NCBI GenBank assembly: GCA_002269645.1
Contig: NIVC01001008.1
Location: 1 to 64,000, forward strand
Reading direction: 5' to 3'
DNA from: Macrostomum lignano
Taxonomy: Eukaryota
Length of the DNA stretch: 64,000 nucleotides
Of the stretch, positions 1 to 12,810 are shown piece after piece. Under the pieces are notes generated by a model. That model ran no database searches. It worked only from the letters and a program-made list of their open reading frames with translations, and was not told the DNA's origin. Every line of letters begins with the position of its first letter. Position 1 is the first letter of the stretch. Made by a program: the position numbers and the translations under genes.

Positions 1-14
1 ACCGGATGGCTCAC

Positions 15-2824
15 CGGGTTATAGAAGTGCAGATAGAAGTTGTTATTCGAGTCGGTGAATGGGCAGTAGGAGATGTTTGCCAGGCTGCAAGAAGACATGC
101 CTGAGTATGCCGCACTGTCTCCAGTGAGATTCGCCCCGCACTTTGCAGCAAAGAGTAAGCCTGGTTGATTCCAGTCGAGACTCGCAGTGCGTAGTCATAG
201 GCAACCACCTGCTTCTCCGTACCTAGAAGGTAGATGACGTGTCGGATTCGAGTACTGATAACTATCAAGTCTAGTACATGTATACATGTCGAGTGTGGTG
301 TAAAATGCTTGTGTGCTGGCGAAGAAGTCGCACCAAGGGAGAGCGTAAAGTATAAGTTAGATTTTCTGTTCAGTTCTAGCTATTGGGTGTAATCTAGCCC
401 TGGTCTTAAATAGGCCAGCTGATGAAGTCTATGGATGGATTTCAAGAATGGAGAAGTCAGTGAAAAAGTTGCACACCGTGACACCGTCACCGTGACATAC
501 AATGTACTGTACTCGGGTGTGTGGATTCTATTTAAAGCGAAAAGCGGAGAAAGTACTCTGCATCTTTTATTCGATTACCCTACCAGTACGAGCGTAGTAC
601 CTAATCTCCTACATTTGGCGCCCTATTTTCCCGTTTCACTCACCAGACACTCCATCGTGATGCTGCACAACTCCCATAGCCTGACGCAACAGATCGAGCT
701 TGGCCTCCAACTGCGGCCCCGCCCGCTGCAGTCCAGCCAGACAGGACGTCTGCTTGATCGCCTGGAATTGGTTCGAGGCGGTTCGCACGTAGCGCTTGAG
801 CGCCGCCCGGCTAGTGAAGTAGCGGTCCAGAATGCGTGAGCCTGGTGCGCGTACGGAAAGAAGTCGTCGCTCTTAACTGTCCACATCAGGTTCTGATCGT
901 GCACAGACTTGGTGTAGCAGCTGGGCGTGCTGTAGTACACGGTGATGTTATGCGCGGCGGTGCGCGCATTTACCGCCTTGATCAGCTTGTCGTAGATCTT
1001 GAAGTTCTTGCGCGCGTTCTGGTATTGAAAGTCGCAGCCCATAGTCAGCATGAGATGGTCTGAGCTGTACACTTGGCGGCGACTGTTCACCATGTCGACG
1101 AACTGCTTGACCTTCTGCTCCACGTTGTAGTCGTAGAGTTGCGGATCGTCTTGTACTGGCTCATCGCCGTACTCGAAGCCGAAACCTCCCGGCTGGCAGT
1201 AACCATCGTACAGCTTGCCCGAGAACAGGTCTGCCCGGGGACTGCCGATGTCCTGGCTGGCCTGCCACACCTGATTCGTTGCGTCGAGGGGATTGGGGGG
1301 TCTGAGTCTCTGTGTCTGACTCTTAGTATCTAGTAGTGCTTGACTCTTGTGTCTAATAGTGCTTGACTCTTAGTGTCTAAGAGTGTCCTACGTGTCCTAC
1401 GAATCTCCTGGTGTCCTACGAATCTCCTGGTATCCTACGAATCTCCTGGTGTCCTACGAATCTCCTGGTGTCCTACGAATCTCCTGGTGTCCTACGAATC
1501 TCCTGGTGTCCTACGAATCTCCTGGTGTCCTACGAATCTCCTGGTGTCCTACGAATCTCCCGGTGTCCTACGAATCTCCCGGCGTCCTATGAATCTCTCA
1601 GCGTCCCAGCCTCGTTGCCGACATACCATCTCCATACGCCGCGTTTTCCGCCTTAACGCCTGGTCCTGATAGTCGATGCGGCCATAGTACAGTCCGTCGA
1701 AGCCCATCTGCGCCAGCATTGCCGTGTGCTCCTTGCTGTGTCCGAACGGGTCCACTTGCCAGGCAACCCGAGGCCGGCCGCAGTCGCCGAACGTGTCGTT
1801 GAGAAACCTGAGGCCCTGCGTGTGCTGGTCGATGATGTCCACGTAGTGGGTGGTCGCCTCGTCATCCATGCACCAGCCGCCCAGTGCGAACTGCAGCTGG
1901 CCGTTCTTCACCAGCTGCTTCACCTGCGGGAGTTGTGGGGGAACTGGGAGAATTAGTCTCAGAAGAATTTTGTGGAATTCTGTTGCATCCCGATAAGCCA
2001 TGTGTTTGTTAATTTCTGAGCGGATTAACTGGTGCCGCTGACAATTAAGACTCTTGGACAACTGACTCTCTGGTATCTGACTTTCTGGTATCTGACTTTC
2101 TGGTATCTGACTCTCTGGTATCTGACTCTCTGGTATCTGACTCTCTGGTATCTGACTCTCTGGTATCTGACTCTCTGGTATCTGACTCTCTGGTATCTGA
2201 CTCTCTGGTATCTGACTCTCTGGTATCTGACTCTCTGGTATCTGACTCTCTGGTATCTGACTCTCTGGTATCTGACTCTCTGGTATCTGACTCTCTGGTA
2301 TCTGACTCTCTGGTATCTGACTCTCTGGTATCTGACTCTCTGGTATCTGACTCTCTGGTATCTGACTCTCTGGTATCTGACTCTCTGGTATCTGACTCTC
2401 TGGTATCTGACTTTCTGATATCTGACTCTGGTATCTGACTCTCTGGTATCTGACTCTCTGGTATCTGACTCTCTAGTAGCTGACATCTTAATTTTTTACT
2501 CACCTTTGCCTGTTTATCGGCACTCTGCTCTCGCCACCACCTGAAGAAGTAGGCCATCTCAACGTACGTGAATTTTCTCTCCGGATTATCCAGCAGCTCC
2601 TCAATGACTGTGTCAATAATGAACTGCACTTCATAGTAGTAGTACTGATCGACTGTCCTCAGCCAGCCAACGTCGTCGTGCGTGTGCGGCACCAGGTGCA
2701 CATTGTACCTGCCGGGCACCGGTTTCGGGCATGCATTGTAGCCGCATGAGGCGGCCTCCCGCTGAGCGGCTGAGCAACTGCAAAGCAGCAGAGTCGCCAC
2801 CGCAGCTAGCAAGAGATTTCTCAT
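15..2824 (-). CDS. MAN2B1: Lysosomal alpha-mannosidase (GH38), 5' part; continues off the left edge
   Basis: Exons 2824-2504, 1923-1627, 1270-644 and 222-15 have GT-AG boundaries and compatible phases (0,0,1, then a phase-0 donor at 14). Signal peptide; GH38 motifs [53 protein letters not shown] and [12 protein letters not shown]. Two 1-nt deletions are needed to keep the homologous frame (about 823 and 134-137). Confidence 0.93.
1383..1587. repeat. 19-bp minisatellite in MAN2B1 intron 2
   Basis: Tandem GTGTCCTACGAATCTCCTG, about 10 copies. Confidence 0.95.
2061..2473. repeat. 15-bp minisatellite in MAN2B1 intron 1
   Basis: Tandem TCTGGTATCTGACTC, about 27 copies. Confidence 0.95.
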
Positions 2825-3290
2825 TTCCCAATAGCAGAACGGAGAGTGTTGTTAGTGCAAGTTGGTGAAATTCGCGTTAGAACTGCGCCAGCCTGCATGC
2901 AGCGCAAGTTTTTGCTGCGAAACTTTCTCAAGGTAAAACTTGTGTTTATTAAGAAATAAGCAGAGCCCGTATCCAGAGCTAATCTTTTCCAGCTGTAAGA
3001 GTTGCAGCGATAGAAAGTGACCCCTGGGCGTCGGTCAGAGTCTGCAGTTCAAGCCTGCTGCAACCAGATTTAATCTCCCTCCCTCCGCGGCTGCAACTGA
3101 TAAACTGAGAATTATTATCATTTCAGCTGGACAAAACTGCGCAATTTGTTTGAGCGAGGCGAGCCATTTTTGAAGTTCAGCCTGCGCCTGTGTGCCTTAA
3201 AACTGACGGCAAGCTGATGGCATACAAATTTCTAATGGAGTCCATGGCTGCAGATAAAACTGCAGTTTAAATACCCGTTCACCTTGCCTT

Positions 3291-3767
3291 ATTGACTCAG
3301 CTGCAGGGGGCTCGGTGCATCCGGATGCAGCGAGGAGGCGTTGCCGCCCATTTCGCTAACCCTGGCGACCACGGGCAGCTAGTGCTGCGGTAGCCCTTAG
3401 GTAGCGGACGAGCTGACAGAGATTCTCGGGCCTGAAATCGTCGGAGAGGTCCGGGTTTGGGCCGAGGTAGATGAGCCTGTCCTGAGTAAAGGTGGGGCAT
3501 TCACAGATGAAGTCTCGACACCGGAGAGGCAGAATGGGCATTCCTCACTGCGGATTTTTCTCTGGAGGTGACGATGCCTGGCAAAACAACCAAATACCCG
3601 AGAGGGCCATGGTCACCGCCCTGATGTCCCTGCGGTTGAGTCCAAGCAGGTCCCTGCGCAGGGCGGAGGAAGGACAGGGGATAGCCGCGCGGGATTGCCG
3701 GCAGTCGGGGCGTTTATCCCACCTCTCCCTGTGCTTTGAAGCCACCCACTGGTTGATCCGAGTGGTG
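3291..3767 (-). mobile_element. 5'-truncated non-LTR retrotransposon, LOA/R1-group-like ORF2 C-terminus
   Basis: Frameshifted translation [64 protein letters not shown] (C-terminal CCHC finger). Flanked by an 18-bp direct repeat, 17/18 identical (3273-3290 ACCCGTTCACCTTGCCTT; 3768-3785 ACCCTTTCACCTTGCCTT), read as the TSD. Confidence 0.75.
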
Positions 3768-4502
3768 ACCCTTTCACCTTGCCTTTAGGTGTAAGTCCGC
3801 ATACCGTATTGAGAAGAATTTCAATAAGTTGCGATCTTAAACAGCTCGTAGTTTTGCTATCTATGATGAGTGTGTCGATAAAATCAGAAGAACTTAAGAG
3901 ACCGAGCCGCAGCCAGTTCCTTCAAATATATTTACTCGTGGATATTTGACTCACGTAGGAGAGCGCGACTAGGTCCTCTGGGGACTCCGGACCTTGCTCC
4001 GATGAAGAATGTGTCGACAAATAGGAACCTTTGTTCTTTGGAGGCAAAGCTGGGGAGAGGAGTAACTCCCTCACTAATGCGTCTACTTACACTAGTGCGC
4101 TGAGGTATTTGATAGAGTTCCTCCTTCAGGCACGACTAGGAATTAATCTATGTACGAGCGTAGGTACGCATTGAGATAATGCCTTCAGATATCGAAGCTG
4201 CATGTACTTCGGTAGAACTAACTGTCTTCCCAAAAGAGTCTTCAGACCCTCTATGAGAAGAGTGAATTATAATCGCTTGTACTTTTAGACAAATTATGGC
4301 TCACGATCAGATAGTCACGTGCACGACATGGTCATAAGGTCAGCGCTAGGTTTTTTAAAGTATGACTGGCGGTTTGAATCGTCTAGTGTAGGCGTTTTAT
4401 GTTGAATAGTTACAAGTTAGAAATGGATTTCTTTTATAGAATGATCGATGGATAACATTTTAGTGATGTAGGTAGCCAATAATAGATAGAGTACATAGAT
4501 TG

Positions 4503-5098
4503 AGGAGGCACTCTCAACTGAGAGTAGAAGGCACTCCCAACTGAGAGTAGAAGGCACTCCCAACTGAGAGTAGAAGGCACTCCCAACTGAGAGTAGGAGG
4601 CACTCCCAACTGAGAGTAGAAGGCGTCCCAACTGAGAGTAGAAGGCGTCCCAACTGAGAGTAGAAGGCACTCCCAACTGAGAGTAGGAGGCGTCCCAAAT
4701 GAGAGTAGGAGGCGTCCCAAATGAGAGTAGGAGGCGTCCCAACTGAGAGTAGGAGGCGTCCCAACTGAGAGTAGGAGGCGTCCCAACTGAGAGTAGGAGG
4801 CGTCCCAACTGAGAGTAGGAGGCGTCCCAAATGAGAGTAGGAGGCGTCCCAAATGAGAGTAGGAGGCGTCCCAAATGAGAGTAGGAGGCGTCCCAAATGA
4901 GAGTAGGAGGCGTCCCAAATGAGAGTAGGAGGCGTCCCAAATGAGAGTAGGAGGCGTCCCAAATGAGAGTAGGAGGCGTCCCAAATGAGAGTAGGAGGCG
5001 TCCCAAATGAGAGTAGGAGGCGTCCCAAATGAGAGTAGGAGGCGTCCCAAATGAGAGTAGGAGGCGTCCCAAATGAGAGTAGGAGGCGTCCCAAATGA
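4503..5098. repeat. 22-bp minisatellite
   Basis: Tandem GGAGGCGTCCCAAATGAGAGTA and variants, about 27 copies. Confidence 0.95.
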
Positions 5099-5920
5099 AA
5101 GAAAGGCTTGAACAAATCAATTAACCTATCTAGATAAGCCCGCGGGTTGTCAAAAGATTCGCATTTCATCAGACTGGAATATAACACGGTATATGGTACA
5201 TATATACGGTACATATATACGGTACATATATACCGGTATACGGTACAACTATTTGGATAATATATTATCCAATAAAATTAGCGGTCCCTGCTCGGGGCAC
5301 ATTTAGAAAATTGGATTCCGCTACTCAGTCAGTTCATACGAGCGCAGTTAGCTGACATTATATGCAACTTTCCAACCTGTGCTCTTAAATAGGCATATGA
5401 GTAGCTAATTGAAATAAAACACAGAACCTTGCGGTAACACACGAAGGTCGAATGTTTTATTATAGCCATAGCTACATCTATATGCTACACGCACAATACC
5501 AGACAGATTAGCTCCCTCGGCCGACAGTGCTACTCGTTAAAATGTCCTAAAGACCTTAATTTGTCACTAGTTCACTCGTCACTGTCTAATCCCTGGGCGG
5601 CCCTGGTCGCTCTCTTGTCTCTCACCCCTCTACGTACTTTCTCTCTCTCTCTCTCTGTCCAAGAAGAGAAGAAAACCAATAGTAAGGGTAGTGGAGAGGG
5701 TTAGGTTCATTTGAAAATACTTGCCCGTGTACACGCAACATTGCTGATAGTTCTAGCGCAGCGCGTATTAAATGTACACCACATTTAGTGGCGCGACTAC
5801 CTCTGAACAGCTTGTGAAAAAACAGTACTAAGTCCCGCGTACTGAAAAATTGCGCATTTTTTTGAGTTTTTCTATCTAACTAATTACTGGCACTAAGACT
5901 AAGAGCTCCTACTTTTCCCA

Positions 5921-7376
<1,456 letters not shown>

Positions 7377-8989
7377 AAATATAATTCTGCCAGGCATTCC
7401 ATTGTTAATCTTCACACGCAATTGAACCTACGCTCGCACAGGAAGCCTGACTGAAATGATCCAAATTGAAGGTTTTGCAGCTATGGAGCAGAGAAGAACT
7501 AACTTTGGCAACCGTTGTAGACTTTGATGCGAGCCAATTAATTCCATTGTTGTGATTGATCATCACAGAAATTTTCTCGATTTCGCAATTTCTAATACTT
7601 CTCATTCGAATGAAGAAGTTCATGCCATAAAAGTATTGCTTCTCTTTCTTTACTTGTCTGAAAAAATAGGGATTAAAAATACTTTTTCTTGCAGTACTGT
7701 ACATCCGACTAAATACGCTCGTAGCTAAAATAGAATTTTATTTATTCAACGGTTCGTATTAGCTATTTTCAACTTGTGCTTAGCTGAGGAACATAGACTT
7801 GAGAAAACATAGGTGTTCATTTTCTTCTACACTGCAGATGTACACTCGCCAACATGTTACGTAAAATTTCAACCCCGAAAACAGTGGTCAACTGTTCTCA
7901 GATCTCAGTCCCGAGTGACACAATTCACACCAACACCCGCGGTTCTTGTCTCAACTGTGGGCGATTCAAAATTTGCGTCAACAAGGCGCTGGCGTAGGCT
8001 GGTGAGGGGAGAGTGGAGGGTTCTGGCTACAGTTTGATTAAAGCTGCCACTGTTACTTCTCAGTCCTCATGAACTGGTTTGCTCAATTAAATGCACAGCC
8101 TTGTTAAAATTGTTAACCAAATGACAAATGCACCTTACTACTGAAAGCAGTAGAGGTCGCATATGTCACAGAGGGTTTTGCTTCTGTCTTTGCAAAATAT
8201 CCTAAAAAGCTGTCACCAAGTTGTGAAAGGGCTAAATCTGTACTTTCTTAGAATTAGTCTGAGTATTAGTCTGAGTAATGGTCAAAGTATACGTCTGAGT
8301 ATTAGTCTGAGAATTATTCTTAGTATAAGTCTGAGTATTTATCTGAGTATTTTGAGTAATATTCTGAGTATTTTTCTGAGCACTGGTTATCCCTTATATC
8401 GGTAGCGTTTCTACTCTATACTGGTAGCGTTCTCACTGTTATTCTGGTAGAGTTATATGCAAATTTGGCCTGAGCGGTATATTACTATTATTACTACTGG
8501 TATGTACGTTGCGTGTATATTCTTTATAGTTCTAGGCGTTTCTGAGATCAGAGGGTCACGGCCTCGATATTCTATAAGTCTGCTTCGAGATCTACTTCGT
8601 CTTCCTCCCTTCTGGTTCTCTATTTCTCAGTAGCATATACGGTATATCGTCCTTCTACTTCACTTCGTTATAAAATGAATTAACTTGGAAAAACAATCTT
8701 AAATTACAACTTCCTTCTTTCTTATCGAATCACGGTGGGCGAGGTTGTCTCTTCCTCCGCTGAATTCGCGTCTATTTATACTATTTTTCTTGACTATTTA
8801 AAACAAAAATTAAATCGGGAAAATATTTTTAGAAAATACGAGTAGTTAAACAAAAAGTTTTTCTTAGATTCGCGAGGATTTAAAATGCGATAAATTTTTA
8901 TAATTTTCGAGTAAAATAAAAACAAGAAAGAGAGAGGCCTTCCACACATACGAGTTGTAATTACGAAATTTACGCTAACGCAATACAAC

Positions 8990-9680
8990 TACGCGAGGGT
9001 CAGGCCGCCCGGACTCAGTGACAATTTTTTAACAGTGTGACAGTTCGCCCTTGGCCAGTCGGCCGATGCAGGAGAGTCAGCACCAGCGGGTTCTGATCGC
9101 TGCACTCGTGGCTCCTCAGGCAGTGGCCCAGCAACATCTGGCGTCTCTGGCTTTGGGTGACACTGAAGCAGGGCTGGAACGCGAGCCCGCCTCATCGGGT
9201 CTCTGGACGACAGTATCTCGGGATTACGCACATCCAGAGCGTACCGCAGCAGCTAAGGACCTGTAGAGTGCGTCCATTGATTGCTCTCTCGCTCTGGTCA
9301 TTAGCACGGCCTTTAATGCCGTACGTTCAGAAGTTCCCTCCTGGCGGAGTTGAAGAAGCTCCTGAGCTGGTGCGCTGCTCGCCAGGCCTGGGACCTCCTG
9401 GATTCAGCACCATGGAGCCGAAGTAGCTGAAGTCCTCTCGCACTCAGAGATAACACCTCGGTTCGGCAGGTCAGTGTAGGCGCATTGTCAAAGCCGAGGC
9501 GCTCTCCTCGCAGAAGTCTAGGCAGGGCGCGCTGAGCAGTCAGGAGCCGCGACACAGGAGCGATAATATCATCGGCGTACGCGAGAGCAGGCAGCGTCAC
9601 TTCAGGGTGCCGGAAGCTTCGACGCGGAACCAGAACGCAGCTGTCGTCACAGAGCAGATAATGTCGCAGTCGTATAGCTG
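8990..9680 (-). mobile_element. Degenerate RTE-like LINE reverse transcriptase fragment
   Basis: LAYADDI (RT YADD motif), followed by EDFSYFGSMV (cf. FKYLGS) and RQMLLGHCLR (cf. RLRWFGHV.R); multiple frameshifts. Confidence 0.8.
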
Positions 9681-9987
9681 CATCTACACTAGATTTGTTA
9701 CAAAAAACTTGGAAAAAATGAGAAAAATCCGATATCGCGAAACTGCATTCAGTCAAGCCAACGAGTTCCACGGGAAATTTTCAAACTTTTTGCCTCCTGC
9801 TGTAACAAAAAGCTGCATTGATACGAGCGTACAGGTACAAATTCTGAGTTAAGAAACCAAAATGCTGCTTTGAGCCAACTGAAAAGTAGTTGCAGCATGC
9901 ACTGCAGTTTTGGCTGTTTTAAAACTGCAATTCCTAACAGCTCTGCCTTTTGCTATTCCAAAGGCTTGCTGCTTTCGTTTTCTTTTG

Positions 9988-9991
9988 GGCA

Positions 9992-10081
<90 letters not shown>

Positions 10082-10085
10082 CGGG

Positions 10086-10129
<44 letters not shown>

Positions 10130-10430
10130 CCGGCAGAAAGACACGAAGACACTAAGACACTAAGACACTAAGACACTAAGACACTAAGACACTAAGACAC
10201 TAAGACACTAAGACAGACAGCCACTAAGACAGACAGACACTAAGACAGACAGACACTAAGACAGACAGACACTAAGACAGACAGACACTAAGACAGACAG
10301 ACAGACAGACAGACACTAAGACAGACAGACAGAAAATAAGACAGACAGACAGACACTAAGACAGACAGACACTAAGACAGACAGACAGAAAATAAGACAG
10401 ACAGACAGATACTAAGACAGACAGACACTA

Positions 10431-10469
<39 letters not shown>

Positions 10470-10494
10470 TCCTAAGACAGACAGACAGAAAATA

Positions 10495-10546
<52 letters not shown>

Positions 10547-10636
10547 CCTAAGACAGACAGACAGAAAATAAGACAGACAGACAGAAAATAAGACAGACAG
10601 ACAGACACTAAGACAGACAGACAGACAGACAGACAG
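9988..10636. repeat. Compound microsatellite (GCAG)n, (ACTAAGAC)n, (AGAC)n
   Basis: Direct reading of the sequence. Confidence 0.95.
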
Positions 10637-11238
10637 AGTACGGGTGAAAACAAATTTAGTAGCCCCTGACTGGAAATTCTTAGAACTTTTTTCTAACGGT
10701 CCCCATTTTTGCAATCGAAAGAGTCAACTGTCAATCCAGAGTGAGCATGATCGGGATGGACGGCTATATATAGTCAGCAACAATGGCCGAATATTAGCTC
10801 TTAAAGTTCAATGCTGCTGTTCCACCTTTTATATAAACTGCTTTTGTAGTGGAATGCTGCTGCAACAGTAGCCTCCTGATGCTTGGTGTGCACTTTTTAA
10901 AGTCAATACCTTCTTATCTACTTTATCTACTCTTCCATCTCCCTATGCTACTAAGATCCTCTGTTTGCAACCCCCCCCTTGTTGCAATACCGTAGTTTCT
11001 TCCCCAAAGAGCGGAGCTTCCCAGCTTCCCAGTCTCTCCGCACTCCCCATTTACATCTTTCGCATCTTTCGTAGACATTTCTCTGTTCCAGCTTTCTTCT
11101 ACGTAGAAGCAGGAGAATTGCAAAATCAATGAAAGCCGACAGGCTGGCCCGGGCTGAGTGGCAGGCGGTGGCGTCAAACAGAGCGTGAAACTGGCGTGGA
11201 ATTCCGGGCAAACAGAGGCCTACAAGCACCGGTGCCTC

Positions 11239-11474
11239 CTTTGCTGCGGCTGGCAGAGCTGCTCACTACAATTTTGGCCAAGGAGCCTCAGGCCTAGAAT
11301 CCGGATTGGAGACTAAGGTCTTTGCTGCGGCTGGCAGATCTGCTGGCTACAATTTTGGCCAAGGAGCCTCAGGCCTAGAATCCGGATTGGAGACTAAGGT
11401 CTTTGCTGCGGCTGGCAGATCTGCTGGCTACAATTTTGGCCAAGGAGCCTCAGGCCTAGAATCCGGATTGGAGA
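11239..11474. repeat. 81-bp tandem repeat, about 2.9 copies
   Basis: Units start at 11239, 11320 and 11401 (CTTTGCTGCGGCTGGCAGA...GGAGACTAAGGT). Confidence 0.9.
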
Positions 11475-12000
11475 CTTTTCAATGACTATTGCTATGAACT
11501 TTACTGATGGAGTTCTAGGCATAGCATCTGGATAAGACTTGTTAAGGCATGGGTTTCTAAACCTGGCATCTGCAAAATAAAGGGTGACTATATAGCCGTA
11601 GTTAAACAGGGAAGTGAGAAAGAGGAGAAGGTTGGCAAACATTTCCACTGGGTTTTCTTTCGGCTTCTAAAAAATGGCAGCCTAAAAAACACAGCCAACA
11701 AAAAAGCACAGTAGGGTTAGGGTTATGAACTGAAGTAACTCCTTCTCAGGCATTGGTTCTGGAGTAGGTTGTGAGCACACCAACTCTCTTATTCACCATC
11801 TTACTCAATCGCTGGATGCAGCATCAACTCAGTCGCCAAACATTTAGACAGATTTATAAAAGTTATCCAAATTTTATGAACTATAATTTTGTGCTCAAAC
11901 AAGGAATTACATTTCGCGGAAAGTTTTAGCGACACATCGAGCAAAACTCCATGTCTGAAATTAGCCGAAGAAATTGAACTTCACTGAGAAAGTCAGCATT

Positions 12001-12810
12001 CATGAGTCAGGGGAGATGGAAGAGTTGGGAGAAGTCAGGAAAATTTAGAGCAAATCGGGGGAAGTTAGTGGACTCACGGAACTCCGGGGAGGCATGAGTC
12101 AGGGGAGTCATGAGTCAGGGGAGTCATGAGTCAGGGGAGTCATGAGTCAGGGGAGTCATGAGTCAGGGGAGTCATGAGTCAGGGGAGTCATGAGTCAGGG
12201 GAGTCATGAGTCAGGGGAGTCATGAGTCGGGGGAGTCATGAGTCGGGGGAGTCATGAGTCGGGGACTCAAGGGACTCAGGGAGACGTGAGTCAGGAAAGT
12301 CATGAGTCAGAGGACTCAAGGAACTCAGGGAAGTCATGAGTCAGGGAAGTCATGAGTCAGGGGAGTCATGAGTCAGAGGAGTCATGAGTCAGGGGAGTCA
12401 TGAGTCAGAGGAGTCATGAGTCAGGGGAGTCATGAGTCAGAGGAGTCATGAGTCAGGGGAGTCATGAGTCAGAGGAGTCATGAGTCAGGGGAGTCATGAA
12501 TCAGGGGAGTCATGAGTCGGGGAAGTCATGAGTCAGGGGAGTCATGAGTCAGAGGAGTCATGAGTCAGAGGAGTCATGAGTCGGGGACTCAAGGGACTCA
12601 GGGAGACGTGAGTCAGGGAAGTCATGAGTCAGAGGACTCAAGAAACTCAGGGAAGTCATGAGTCAGGGAAGTCATGAGTCAGGGAAGTCATGAGTCAGGG
12701 AAGTCATGAGTCAGGGAATTCATGAGACAGAGGACTCAAGGAACTCAGGGGAGTCATGAGTCAGGGGAGGCATGACTCAGGGATCATGAGTCAGAGGAGT
12801 CATGAGTCAG
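12001..12810. repeat. 16-bp minisatellite containing TGAGTCA
   Basis: Tandem GAGTCATGAGTCAGGG with variants; the right end overlaps the GT32 stop codon. Confidence 0.93.

Noticed and set aside
3800-4420. Complex-looking stretch upstream of the 22-bp minisatellite
   Set aside because: No ORF, terminal repeat or motif could be recognised by eye; left unannotated
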